From Macrostomum lignano (lineage: Eukaryota): a stretch of 64,000 bases of DNA. Position 1 is the stretch's first letter; the number at the start of each line of letters is the position of its first letter. The DNA is taken from assembly GCA_002269645.1 (NCBI GenBank), contig NIVC01002256.1, positions 193,828-257,827 on the forward strand, in the 5' to 3' direction. The notes under the pieces were generated by a model that worked only from the letters and a program-made list of their open reading frames with translations, had not been told where the DNA came from and made no database searches. The translations under genes were made by a program, and so were the position numbers. Positions 45,604-58,706 of the stretch are shown here, piece by piece.

Positions 45604-48600
45604 TCACACGGCTCTGCTACGCTGGGGTGCCACTTGGTTTTTGTTGCTGGATTCCGAACTGTAGATCACCAGGGAGCCGACGACCAGGAGGAGCTGAAAA
45701 TTGTATTTTTCAGGGATTTTTTGAAGTTTACAACTTATCACAAGGTATTTGTAATCGCTGACCCAATGATTCCCTGATCATATGACCCACTGACGCTATG
45801 AACCACTGACCCTATGAACCACTGACCCTATGAACCACTGACCCACTGACCCTATGAACCACTGACCCACTGACCCTATGAACCACTGACCAACTGACCC
45901 TATGAACCACTGACCCTATGAACCACTGACCCTATGAACCACTGACCCTATGAACCACTGACCCACTGACCCTATGAACCACTGACCCTATGACCCACTG
46001 ATAATATGACCCACTAACCCAATGACCTACTGACCCTATGACTCACTGATCATATAAACCACTGACCCTATGAACCACTGACCCCATGAACCACTGACCC
46101 ACTGACCCTATGAACCACTGACCCTATGACCCACTGATAATATGACCCACTAACCCAATGACCTACTGACCCTATGACTCACTGATCATATAAACCACTG
46201 ACCCTATGAACCACTGACCCTATGAACCACTGACCCCATGAACCACTGACCCACTGACCCTATGAACCACTGACTTTATGACCCACCGATCCAATGACGC
46301 AATGACGTGACTTATAAAATTTATCCCAATGAACCATTAGCATTCCATAAAACTACTCTGGCTAACCTGCAGCACCAGAAGGCCAGCCAACGCGGGAAAC
46401 AGGTAATTAAGGAAATATTTGTCAATATAGCCAGTAAACAAGGTGTCATAGCAACCAATTCGGTAGTTGCTATCCGTGTTGTTGTAGGGGCAGTAGAGAT
46501 TTAGCGGTTCCATTCGAGCTAAGTCGAATTTACAGCAGGTCACCGGGTAAGTTAAGTCTGCAATTTTTATCATTTTGTTTTTTTGTTTTAAGCGTATTTG
46601 CCTACTGTTTCAGTTTAGTAGCAACATAAAAGTATTTAGATAAAATTTGCGCTGAAAAGTTAGAGCAAGAACTTACTGAAAGTGAAATTTCTGCCGCCCT
46701 GACTGATGAAGTGCTGCCTGTCCCAGTCCTGGCTGAGGTTCTCAAAGTCTGTGCCATTGTTCACTCCGCAGCAGCCAACAAGTATCTGCAGCATATTCTG
46801 CAGGAGGCTCTCTAAGTTTGTGCTCCGGAATCCTTTGTACTTAGCGACACTTTGCTCCATGGCCGATTTGGCTGAAGCTTTTAGCTGCGGATTTTGGGAA
46901 TTCGGTCAGTAATGCACTGATAGTGAGTCACTGTGATAGTCATCGATGCACTAATAATAATCATGAGTCACTGTGATGAGTCATCGATGCACTAATAATA
47001 ATCATGAGTCACTGTGACGAGTCACCGATGCACTAATAATAATTGTGTCATTGTGATGAGTCACCGATGCACTAATAATAATTGTGTCATTGTGATGAGT
47101 CACCGATGCACTAATAATAATTGCGTCACTGTGATGAGTCACCGATGCACTAATACAATGGTTGTCGTGGGTCGCACAACAAATTTAGTTAACGAACCCG
47201 GATTCACCGCCATAGCTCATATTGATATGCTAATCAAGACGTCAATATCTAAGGTGTCCTTGTAGCAGCCAGATTTAACCTGGCGTCAGTATTTTTACAG
47301 CGTACCTTATCAAATTGGCAATGTTGATAAGATAACAGTCTCCGCCTCAATGTCCTGTTGTGTTGCTTTTTTCTTGCTTTTTTCTTTCTTTTTTGTTTAT
47401 CGAAAGGCTCAATGCCGATAAAAAAGTCTTGTGTGTGATTGTCACTCCATGCATTTAAACAGTTATGGTTAATGGAGGATAGAGACTCGACTCACAATTT
47501 CTGAGTTGGCGTACCAGATAATGACAACGATTAGCTGGCCAAGGAATACTAGCCCGACGATTATGGCGTACTGAAGTTAGAAATGTGACAGTTAGAAATT
47601 TGCTTAGATTGCTTGATTCAGGACTCGGGACATGGGACTCGGGACATGGGACTCGGGACATGGGACTCGGGACATGGGACTCGGGACATGGGACTCGGGA
47701 CATGGGACTCGGGACATGGGACTCGGGACATGGGACTCGGGACATGGGACTCGGGACATGGGACTCGGGACATGGGACTCGGGACATGGGACTCGGGACA
47801 TGGGACTCGGGACATGGGACTCGGGACATGGGACTCGGCAGTTCTAAAAAGTCAGCTCTCACAATGAGGAGACACTGCCGAATTTTGCAGCAGCCCCCGA
47901 TACAGCCGAGACAGGCCACTGCGAGAATGACCACCCCAGCCACAATGAAGGCGGCGCCAACGGATCCGGTCAGCTGACCGATGCTGCTCAGCAACTGCTG
48001 AATCTCAATTTCTTGACCTGTCTGAGACTTCAGCAAATCCGAAATCGTCTTGAGCCAGTCCTGCACAGAGTCATTCGAGCTTAGCCAGTTCAGGCCAACG
48101 GTGAACACGAGACCCAGCGCGAACAGCAGCAGGCCTACGAGCTGTGAGAGTTCGAGTTGAATTAAAGTAGATTGAATTTGGCTGAGCCAGCATAGCAACC
48201 AGAGCTCTAACAGCATAGCGACCAGCGTCACAAACAGCATAGCAACCAGAGCTCCAACAGCATAGCAACCAGCCCTACAAACAGCATAGCAACCAGCCCT
48301 ACAAAACGGCATAGCAACCAGCCCTACAAACAGCATAGCAACCAGCCCTAAAAACAGCATAGCAACCATGCAGCCCTACAAAACGGCATAGCAACCAGCC
48401 CTACAAACAGCATAGCAACCAGCCCTACAAACAGCATAGCAACCAGCCCTACAAACAGCATAGCAACCAGCCCTAAAAACAGCATAGCAACCAGCCCTAC
48501 AAACAGCATAGCAACCAGCCCTACAAACAGCATAGCAACCAGCCCTGAAAAAACAGCATAGCAACCAGCCCTAAAAACAGCATAGCAACCAGCCCTACAA

Positions 48601-48934
48601 ACAGCATAGCAACCAGCCCTACAAACAGCATAGCAACCAGCCCTAAAAACAGCATAGCAACCAGCCCTAAAAACAGCATAGCAACCAGCCCTAAAAACAG
48701 CATAGCAACCAGCCCTACAAAACGGCATAGCAACCAGCCCTACAAAACAGCATACATGTAGCAACCAGCCCTACAAACAGCATAGCAACCAGCCCTACAA
48801 ACAGCATAGCAACCAGGTGCCGCAGGAAATAAAAACAGCACAAAAACTTCCCAGCTCACAATGGCAAAGTTGTTGACGGTCACCAGCAGGCAGGCGCAGA
48901 GGCAGCTGCAGCATTTCAGCCCAAAGTTCGACAT
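45604..48934 (-). CDS. Tetraspanin A; exons 48934-48860, 48141-47863, 47570-47496, 46884-46677, 46557-46367, 45693-45604; 305 aa
   Basis: Four hydrophobic segments; GCIGGCC after TM2; EC2 has CCG, YPVTCC, YCP and GC motifs; Cys-rich N-terminus. All junctions GT-AG, phases 0,0,0,1,0. Confidence 0.88.
45770..46300 (+). repeat. 17-bp and 9-bp minisatellite (CCACTGACCCTATGAA) in tetraspanin A intron 5
   Basis: Tandem copies. Confidence 0.92.
46925..47158 (+). repeat. 39-bp minisatellite in tetraspanin A intron 3
   Basis: GTCACTGTGATGAGTCACCGATGCACTAATAATAATTGT-like copies. Confidence 0.88.
47621..47838 (+). repeat. 14-bp near-perfect minisatellite (GGGACATGGGACTC) in tetraspanin A intron 2
   Basis: Seen directly. 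Confidence 0.97.
48188..48815 (+). repeat. 24-bp minisatellite (CAGCATAGCAACCAGCCCTACAAA) in tetraspanin A intron 1
   Basis: Tandem copies. Confidence 0.95.
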
Positions 48935-49765
48935 TTTGTTGAAGAAAAACAATGAAAATTCCAAATAGGACTCAAATAGCTACAATATTGACTGTCACGA
49001 GTTAAAAGTTAAATAAGTGCTCAGTCACTGCTGTACTCCGGTCACTATTGGCTGTGAAATTTTAGCGGACCAAAATTTTAACCAACTATAGATAGCGATA
49101 TGTGGCGAGTGCTATGCTATCTAGGTATGCTTGTAAAAATAGACTTTGCACTCGAAATCTGCTTGAGTTTTCTAAGGCTCTCCGTCACCCTGTTCTCTTT
49201 CCCCATGTACACCCTTTCCTGTTCCCTTTCTCCTATTCTCTTTTCCCTGTTCTCTTTTCCCTGTTCTCTTTACCCTGTTCTCTGTCCCCTGTTCTCTTCC
49301 CCTGTTCTCTGTCCCCTGTTCTCTGTCCCCTGTTCTCTTTCCCCTGTTCTCTGTCCCCTGTTCTCTTCCCACTGCTCTTTTTCCCCTGTTCTCTTTCCTT
49401 ATTTTTTTCCTCAATTATTGAACATAGTACTTAAAGTAGTAGTCAAACTATCTCAGCTACGTTAGCATCTTACTTTTAGCCTCTCCACTTTGCTTTCAGT
49501 TTAAGTTGTTGACCCAACCTCTATGCTCTTGAAACTCGACACTTCCTCTTCTGCCAGTTCTTGCGTCAGTCATTCATCTCCGAGCGCACTGCCTCTCAGC
49601 AGGTTTCGTGTCTGTTTACCAAAGTGGTTGTCGTGGAGACGAAAGTCGCGCTAGACCGACACTTCGGCGTTGTAGAGTTTATAAAAATGTTAAACAACAT
49701 AAGTTGGCAAGTCGCAAAAACCAGTCTGATTAAAACATTGCCGTCGAATCTTGACTTTTCTAGTT
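48935..49765. promoter_or_regulatory. Putative bidirectional promoter of the tetraspanin pair
   Basis: The two start codons diverge about 830 bp apart. No specific promoter element identified; inferred from gene geometry. Confidence 0.5.
49190..49400 (+). repeat. 14-bp pyrimidine-rich repeat (CCCTGTTCTCTGTC) between the divergent tetraspanins
   Basis: Tandem copies. Confidence 0.88.
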
Positions 49766-52700
49766 ATGACTCGCTCATCGAGAGTGGACCTGAACTGGGC
49801 GTTCTGCTGTCTCTGCAGCTCCTTTCTGGCTGTGGCCAACTGCCTCTTTCTGGTAAACAATATTTTTGTTGATTGCTGATTTACACGTGTAAACTCCACC
49901 ACTTAGCAAACCTATCAAGTGGTGTACACCAGTAAACACACGAACTTCGAGCTAGAATTTGTCTCAATAAACACACGAACTTCGAGCTAGAATTTGTCTC
50001 AATAAACACACGAACTTCGAGCTAGAATTTGTCTCAATAAACACACGAACTTCGAGCTAGAATTTGTCTCAATAAACACACGAACTTCGAGCTAGAATTT
50101 GTCTCAATAAACACACGAACTTCCAGCTAGAATTTGTCTCAATAAACACACGAACTTCCAGCTATAAACTGCATCAATAAACACACAAGATTCCAGCTAT
50201 AAACTGCAATAATAAACACACAAGATTCCAGCTATAAACTGCAATAATAAACACACAAGATTCCAGCTATAAACTGCAATAATAAACACACAAGATTCCA
50301 GCTATAAACTGCAATAATAAACACACAAGATTCCAGCCATAAACTGCATCAATAAACACACAAGATTCAAGCTATAAACTGCCTCAATAAACACACAAGA
50401 TCCCAGCCATAAACTGCATCAATAAACACACAAGATTCAAGCTATAAACTGCCTCAATAAACACACAAGATCCCAGCCATAAACTGCATCAATAAACACA
50501 CAAGGTTCCAGCCATAAACTGCATCAATAAACACACACGATCCCAGCTATAAACTGCATCAATAAACACACAGATTTCAGCTATAAACTGCAATAATAAA
50601 CACACAAGATTCCAGCTATAAACAGCATCAATAAACACACAAGATCCCAGCCATAAACTGCATCAATAAACACACAAGATCCCAGCCATAAACTGCATCA
50701 ATAAACACACAAGATCCCAGCCATAAACTGCATCAATAAACACACAAGATTCCAGCTATAAACTGCATCAATAAACACACAAGATTCCAGCTATAAACTG
50801 CATCAATAAACACACAAGATTCCAGCTATAAACTGCATCAATAAACACACAAGATTCCAGCTATAAACTGCATCAATAAACACACAAGATCCCAGCCATA
50901 AACTGCATCAATAAACACACAAGATCCCAGCGATAAACTGCAATAATAAACACACAAGATCCCAGCCATAAACTGCATCAATAAACATATAAACTGCCTT
51001 AATAAACAAAGCACAAGGGACCCCAACGGCAAGCTGCATTCCCCACAAACCGCGCCGCTCCCAGATCTTCGGCATCGCTTGCATCGTGCTGAGTGCGGTC
51101 TGGCAGCAGTTGCTGCAATCGTCCAACAACGATTCGTCATTATCACCATCCGCTGAACGTCGACAGCTTGTTGATTGCCTTCAAGCCGTGGCAGCCGCAG
51201 CCGGCATCAAGGATGTGTCGCTGGCAGCTCAGAATGCCCTGAGCTCCATTGGACCAATCGATACCGCTCTGCTGATCCTTGGCGTCAGTTTCACTTTGCT
51301 GGCTATCTTGGGCAGTTGCAGTTTGTGCTGCAGATCGAGGGGCGGCCTGGCTGCTGTAAGGCTGTTTTATTGACTTTTATTGTGTGCTGATTTGTCTTTA
51401 AATATAATTGAGTAGTACCCAGGGACATATAAACCGTATAGACTCTAATGGTTTCTGAATACATTGGTTAGAGTTAGAGTACACCTGAGCTATGACTCAT
51501 ATTAGCGTCGATCTATACTTTACTGAATGATTAGGCCTGGATTGAAGTCAGTGGAAGGAAGACATTCAAGTCCATAATATTTTTACCATTTTTAATCAAA
51601 TTTAAAAAACAAAACTCACTAATTATAATTACAGTAACCAAAAAATATTTTCAAATTCACGACATCTATTTTCAGTACCTGGTCATCCTGTCAATGATAT
51701 TCTTTGCTCAGCTACTCATCCTAATTCTGCTCTATGGCAGTCCGGAGACTGTAAGTTGAGTTGTTTGTTTAAAAATCCGACTCAGTTTGATGGTTGCAAC
51801 TGGTTGCTGTGAAAGATTCAATTTAGACTACTGAGAAAAGTAGGCTCATAAAGATTTGAATCGTAAAATCTCTCAAATACGTAGGTCCGAAAAAATCGCT
51901 ATAAAAGATACGGCAGCATAAAAACACGCAGTGAGAGTGCGCACAACAGTCCCCCGGGACTGGCTAATCCTGTTAAACTATGCCCACAGTTCGACTCGCT
52001 AGTGAGGCAGCTGATTCAGCGCTGCGTTAGGCGTTACAGCGGCATCAGCTCAGCCAACGGTGCCAGCCTCCTGTTAAACGCTGTGCATATCTACGCCGGC
52101 TGTTGCGGTACCGACAATGGCACCGATTTTCAAAACGCGAACTGGAATCGGAGCTACTCGATGACCCTGTTTAGACAGACATTTACGCACAGTAAGTACT
52201 CGCAAAAACGGCTACAGGGGCAGCACATTATAGCATTTTGGTTGCAATTGCATGCTTCATCCTTTTCGTGTTCAATAATTAAGACAATAACGTATATTTA
52301 CCATTCCATCATAAAATAATTTGTCCTCTCAGACCTAACCTACCCTGTGAGCTGTTGCCAGTACGACCTGGCTACACTAGAGCTTCGAGACAAATTCTGC
52401 CCCGTTAACAATCGGCACTTCAGCAACCACGCAGTTGGCTGCTACAAGAAAATAATCCAGTTTGTACACGAGTACTTTGAGCGGTACTACATTCTGCAAT
52501 CGCTGGCCGCTATTGTTGGCATTCAGGTCAGGAGAGCATTTGCGCGCCAATTAGCGTAATTATGTGATAACCAACTTTTACATGTACTCCTGAGAACCAG
52601 CAGCCTATAGCTACGAGCGTGTGTGTCATGCATGTCGATCGAATTCCTTTGCAGCCTCTCATCCAATCCTCGAGCTGCCACCGCTCCATGTACAGGACTA

Positions 52701-52892
52701 AATATAATACTCCCCCGTTCACTACTAGCACCAACCACCTCTCAGTCCAGTAACGTTCAAATTGTTCCAGCGAGATTCTACTGAATTTTACTATACAGCT
52801 CCTTTCGCTTTCAGGCGTTGCTGATTGCTGGAATTCTCGTCATTTTTCGCGATATTACCGAGAAAAAAAATAAGGTTCAGCCAGCTGTTTAA
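49766..52892 (+). CDS. Tetraspanin B, paralog of tetraspanin A; exons 49766-49852, 51065-51355, 51676-51750, 51990-52191, 52333-52526, 52815-52892; 308 aa
   Basis: Four TM segments; EC2 GCCGTDNGTDF, NLTYPVSCC, FCP, VGCY; C-terminus NKVQPAV*. Intron positions and phases (0,0,0,1,0) and the 75-nt exon 3 match tetraspanin A. Confidence 0.88.
49932..51005 (+). repeat. 35-bp minisatellite (AATAAACACACAAGATTCCAGCTATAAACTGCATC) in tetraspanin B intron 1
   Basis: Tandem copies; a distinct variant occupies the first ~6 units. Confidence 0.95.
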
Positions 52893-53150
52893 CACGAGAC
52901 AAAAAGGTCGCATGCTATAACCTTGAAGTAGTAACGTACATTATCATTGCTCTCATGCCTTATTTGCTAAAAAGCGTTTGTTCGTAGCTAGAATACTTTT
53001 ATTCAAAGGCAGTACGCGCATGCCGATCTCGTCGATTTGGCTCCTTTAACTTGTTTACTTTATAACGAAAAAAGCCTAACCATTTAGTGTGACAAATAAA
53101 AGACCAGAAAATGAAACGTTGCAAATTATTGGGTCTCTTTTAGTGATAGT

Positions 53151-53772
53151 CAAGGACGACTTAAGTAGAAGGACGGGAAACCTCGTTTCTTGGAAAATTT
53201 TTGAAGGCAGGTTTTTCCGAAAAATACACTATACGGAGATACAGTGTATATAGTAAGAAGTTTTGACTTTTTAAATATTAAAATAGTTATTGCTTTCGAA
53301 AGACGGCAGAACCAGTCTTGTGCCTAAAAACGATTAAAGTGGCACAGCTCGGCTCTTTAGCTTTATGATTCTATTTTACGAGTATCATTCTTAGCTGACT
53401 GTGTTACAAATATGTGTAACAGAGATGATAAAATGGATTCATAAAACCATAGATTGGAGCTGTGCCATGCATTTTTATGATTTTTAGGTCGTAGAATATG
53501 CATAGAAATATACGTAGAAATATACGTAGAATAAAAAAATAACATAGAATCCTAATTTTTTGAACGAGAAGCTTTATGAATATCAATAGAGCTATAAGAA
53601 AGGCACAACATATCAAAAGATGAACACTGGATTTGTCTCCTATCATGGACAATAACAATTTTTGTGCAGAAAAAATGAAAATTTCCTGTCTCCGTAGTGT
53701 ATTTTTTCGAAAAAACCTGCCTCAAAAATTTTCCAAGAAACGAGGTTTCCCATCCTACTTAAATCGCCCTTG
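53151..53772. mobile_element. MITE, 622 bp, ~90-bp TIRs beginning CAAGG (P-element-like termini)
   Basis: 53151-~53244 is the inverted copy of ~53686-53772. Flanks GTGATAGT and TTGATAGT give a 7/8-nt direct repeat. Confidence 0.75.
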
Positions 53773-54236
53773 TTGATAGTTTTATCTCTGAAATTGCACC
53801 CTTTGATTTAATTCCGTAAAAATAATAATGAACTTTTAAGTAAAGTATAAGAAAAAGCAACTAAGTGTAGCTAACATCTTAAATTTAACAGTTTTTATTA
53901 TGTATTTTACGTACTTTTTCCATATAAAAAGTAATCATTTTATCAGCTAAATTCTGCAGTTTGACTTAATTTTGTTTGTGTAAATATATATTTTAAAACC
54001 GACAACTTTGGGTCGATTTCATAACGACGACGACGATCCATAGTTAGTTAAGCCCACTTGCTTTCCTTCTTTTTCAGCCTTAAGATTTTTGAACTAGAAA
54101 AACCAATGTTTAAAACCGTTTCTATCAACAAGCAAGAAAATTACGCGTAAAAGGAGAAAGCGTGTAAATTTGAGGGTGATCCTTTGCCCTTCTGTAAGTA
54201 GTTTCATGCCTGGACATGCACATTTCATTTTAAAAT

Positions 54237-57200
54237 GGCAGTGCTTATCCCCACGGTACCGTAGGAATAATTTCTGTCTTATTCCAACGGTACCGTGGGA
54301 ATAATTTTCTGCTTATCCGCACGGCACACTGACGAGATAGCTGCCCCATCTTCTACATATGCCGTGGGGATAATTTTCTGCTTATCCGCACGGCACACTG
54401 ACAAGATAGGGCGAATTGTTGAAGCAATGCAATAATCTATACAAGCAAATTGCTAATTTACATGTTTAGTAGAAGTCTACAACAGAAGTGGCAATGCACT
54501 TTTCGGTATGATCTCCGGGGTCGTTCTCAAAGCTAGGTCACAACTTTTTGTTATTGCAAAAAAAGTTTATACATCGACCAATAATCGTACAAAAAAAATT
54601 CTTTTGACAATTTCTGTAAGAAGCTGCTACTAAAACCACAAGAAAACTTGAAATTGAGAAGAAATCAAGGCTATTTGTTATTCTTTGTTGCGGAAAATAA
54701 ACGACAAAAATATTAAAGAGAAAATAAAATTTTCTTCCATTTTTATTTTAAATATGCAGTTAAATTTCTTTTGCAAAAATAAAAGAACAAGAAATTGACA
54801 AAGGAAATGTTTTTGAGCACAGCATTTTGTTACTCTGCTCCAAATCCCAGACATTTAAAATTATCGTGTGCGAAAAAGTGCGAAATTATTATAGCATGCA
54901 CTCGAAAGAACTTCGATCAGTTTAACTAATCACTGAATTGAGAAGTCTAAATAAGTCTTGAAAGGTTGAATTAAAAATCAAGTTTTCACTATGTATCTTT
55001 TCAAAGGCAAGATGATTCGACAAATAAAGAATGTTCATTTTTACCTTGAATAGAATTGTTCATTTTTACATTAAATATAATAAAATCTAACTAATAATAG
55101 AAAAAGTCAGGGAACTATCCTTGAACACCAAAAAGCACATTGTGGATTTAATATCGACTGCATGTTCCTTAATAAAGGAATTCAGATACTAGTATATATT
55201 TGATTATTTGTAGCATAATTTCTGAAAACTATAACTTGCTTGATTTTACTTTAAGTACTCATTACATTAATACTTATACCAAAGCTACATGTACTTAAAA
55301 TAAAAAATCATAGTTACTTATTAGACATTTTACTCCAATTAACCTAAAATAATTCAAATTTATTTTAATTAATTCATTTTTTGAAACTTTTTGGAAAATA
55401 GACAAAATTGAATTATTTAAATACCAAAAACCTACTAGCTTAACTAAAATAGCAATTAGTCTTTAAGAAAAGATTTCACTTGTTAATTGAGAAAAATGAG
55501 GATGTGCGAGGTGTAAAAATGCGAAAGAGCATGCAGGAAACAGAGACAAACAAAAATGTAGGTAATAGACACTGCACATGCACATAATATGATAACCAGA
55601 CATAATGCGCACACTGAAACACCAGTAGCAATGACGCCCAAGCTTTTGATGATCACAAGCGAAAAGGCAAAACCCAGCCATCAATCAAAGAAGTAGACTA
55701 TAGCACACATCTTGAGTGCATCACGCATTTTTTGCAGAGAAGCTCGAAAATTAACATTGTATTCTGTGCACAACCACCAACTGCGACAGGGTCTGCCGGG
55801 GGATTTGTGGGCACGCGGTCGCGGATACAAATCGGAGGAGTCGCTGACCATTCTGAAATTACTAGCTAGTACATGTAATTTTGTGTATTAATATATTTAG
55901 CCCGCTTTATTTCTATGCTCTCGTCTGCCTCTCGTTAATGCATCCCCAGACTCATGCAATAATCAAACTTATGATCGAACTATGCATGGCTTCCGTCCCT
56001 CGCTTTGAATCTCTCACCTCCCCATAGTTCCATCAACCTTACCGTAGTGGCTTCCTATGCAAAAATCATCCCTCCGCATCTTACACAGGCTACTTCAGGC
56101 TGTAGACTGTACTACACTATTAATTAGTTGCGCTAAGGAATCTACATGTATTTGCTCGCAGCGCAGCGCGCTGCTCAAAGAAGTTTAGATCTGTCTAGAT
56201 ATTCTAGTAATTTCAGGTTTGTCCATAGACTAGAGCTCATGAGATGAGAATTCCATTAACTAGTACGTTTAATGTAGGATTCATACATCGATTTTGCGTG
56301 CTTAAATGGTCTATGCACGAGTGCGCGCAGCGTGTGTGTGTGCTGTGCATACATATGTATAATATACGAGTAGTTTATGGGCCAAATTATTGTGTGGCAC
56401 AATTCTTGGCATCACTCAGCAGGCACAAGATGCAGTTAAGCAGCGCACGAAAATTCTACAAAAGAAATTGAGCCTGGTTGAGGTGATGCGAGGAGGCAGA
56501 TCCACACAATCTCAGTGAATACACCAGACTGCACCAAATACGAGTCCAGTCGAATGTGCGCACTGGTCTAAGCAGCACACGCATGTCCTCCTGACAATGA
56601 CGGCACCTAGCTTCGTCCAAGCCTTTGCCAGCGTCACTGACAGCGTCAATACTACCATGCAGTGCCACCTGCAGCACCGACAACGGCAATTCCTCCAGTT
56701 AGCCCACAACAGTGGCTAAACTGAGGGACAGGGAACCTACCCGCAGAAGACACACACATACACACACAGCACCGGCAGCAGCACTCTGACAGCATAACCT
56801 AAAGCTCCATGAGCTCAGTTTTCAAGCATTGAAGAAGCAGAAGCAGTCATCTTGAATCCAGGGATCAGGAAGAGTGTTGCATGTCCGACATGTGCTGTTT
56901 CCGTGGCAAAAGGTGATGGAGCAAATTAATCAACACTTACTATCTAGCTCGTATTAAGACTAAAAAACTGAGGCAAGCTGGGATTAAACCAAAGAAAATT
57001 TTTTACTATACTTTTTTACCATATACTTTTACTATACTTCTATAGTATAGTAGAGAGGTACTCTATTTAAATGCAGTAAGAAGTGAAACAAATTTATATA
57101 TTTAATTATTAAATTAAATTAATTCAAGGTAAATAACTAATTTAACCAATTTATTAGGAGTATTTAATATTATAATAAATTGATTTTTATACCTTACACG

Positions 57201-58706
57201 AAATAAGCTCTACATTCATTTCTTAGCTTGGGGCCCATCTGTATAAGGTCAGTTTCTTCAAAATGCTGATTAATTAATTAAGGCCTGTTGTCTTTACTTA
57301 AATTTATAAGGGCATCTTAGAAGTTAATATTACTATATAATACATGTATAATATTATTACTATATTATAATAATATAGTTGCAATTTTAATGACTATTGA
57401 ATAAGTCTAAATGCTTCCCCTATTGACTCTAAATACATGGTATCTTTCCCTTCAGAAAAAATTAGCATAGAATGACTTGATGAAAACAAAAAAAATCATT
57501 TCGAGATACACATTTGCTGATCATTCAGGTCAAATTTCAAGGTCCAGTTTTGCACATGTTTCTCTGTAGCTTGGTTACAAGGATTCTAATAAAAATATAA
57601 TAAATATGTCCAATGAACTAACTGATACATAGCCAAATTGAAGTATTTTCAAAAACAAAAAAAATCATTTGCTCAGTTTACTTTACTGGATATCTGTGTA
57701 AAATTTCAGCTCAAAAGGTGCTCCATGGAGAATGCTAGTGTGGTTACAGGATATGTATTTTGTGCTTCAAAGTAGGAGTTTATTGCGATGCATGGTTGCT
57801 TTTAATTATTTTTATCAACAATAGTGCTCTATTTCATAACAATTTTTTACAAAAAGATAATAAGACATGTTTTTCTAATTATCTGCATCAAAATGTATCA
57901 TTTTAAGCGCACATTCTAGACGTCAGCTGAAAAATACATTTTGTGAGACGCAAAGAGGCTATCCCACCGGAAATGCTAGGCGCACAGTTAAGCGTCTATA
58001 AAATCATTTATAGTGCAGTTTATTAAGCTTTAAAAAAAATCTTAAATTAAATTTATATAAGCTTTCATTTTAAATGTAATATAGCAAGTTTTCAACACAA
58101 CAACAACTTTTTTAGCTACAGACATCATAGTGTCAAAAATTAGGACATCGGTGAAGTGATTGAATTTGAATTTTTTCATCACCTAATATCGCCTAATACC
58201 GCAAGACAACTTAAAACACTTTTGCAACATAAATTTCAACCCAAAAATTATCTTTATTCACAGATGAAAGTGTCCTATTATTTTCAATACGGCAGTAACA
58301 ATAGTAAATGTTCCGAAAATTGTTAAAATTTTCGCTCCTCCCAGAATTTGAGAACGACCCTCCGGATTATACTTTGCTAAAAATTCAAATTATAAACAAT
58401 TACTAGGCCAGGACCTAAAGCAATTTACCTTGGCTTAAATTATACGTCATAAATACAAAAAAGAGTTTTTGCATAAAAAGGCAATTAAATCTTTACTTCT
58501 CTAAAACTAATGGCCAAGCAAAGTTATGTTGTTATACTGCACTTAAACCATAAGTACTAAATTATTCCCACCGTCCTACGGCATATGTAGAAGATAGGGC
58601 AGCTATCTCGTCAGTGTGCTGTGCGGATAAGCAGAAAATTATCCCCACAGTACCGTTGGAATAAGACAGAAATTATTCCTACGGTACCGTGGGAATAAGC
58701 ACTGCC
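54237..58706. mobile_element. Non-autonomous 4.47-kb DNA transposon with ~130-bp TIRs and a 9-bp TSD (Merlin/IS1016-like or MULE-like)
   Basis: TIR GGCAGTGCTTAT..CATATGCCGT at 54237-~54366 is the reverse complement of ~58577-58706 with few mismatches. TTTTAAAAT flanks both ends (54228-54236 and 58707-58715). No intact transposase ORF; superfamily assignment is tentative. Confidence 0.85.

Noticed and set aside
48188-48815. General claim that intronic arrays are selected to carry decoy YAG acceptors (e.g. TTTGTAG, TTTTAG, CTCTCAG units)
   Set aside because: A YAG in a 20-35-bp unit is common by chance and several arrays lack one; only the 60-bp CSTPP1 case is demonstrably derived from a real junction.
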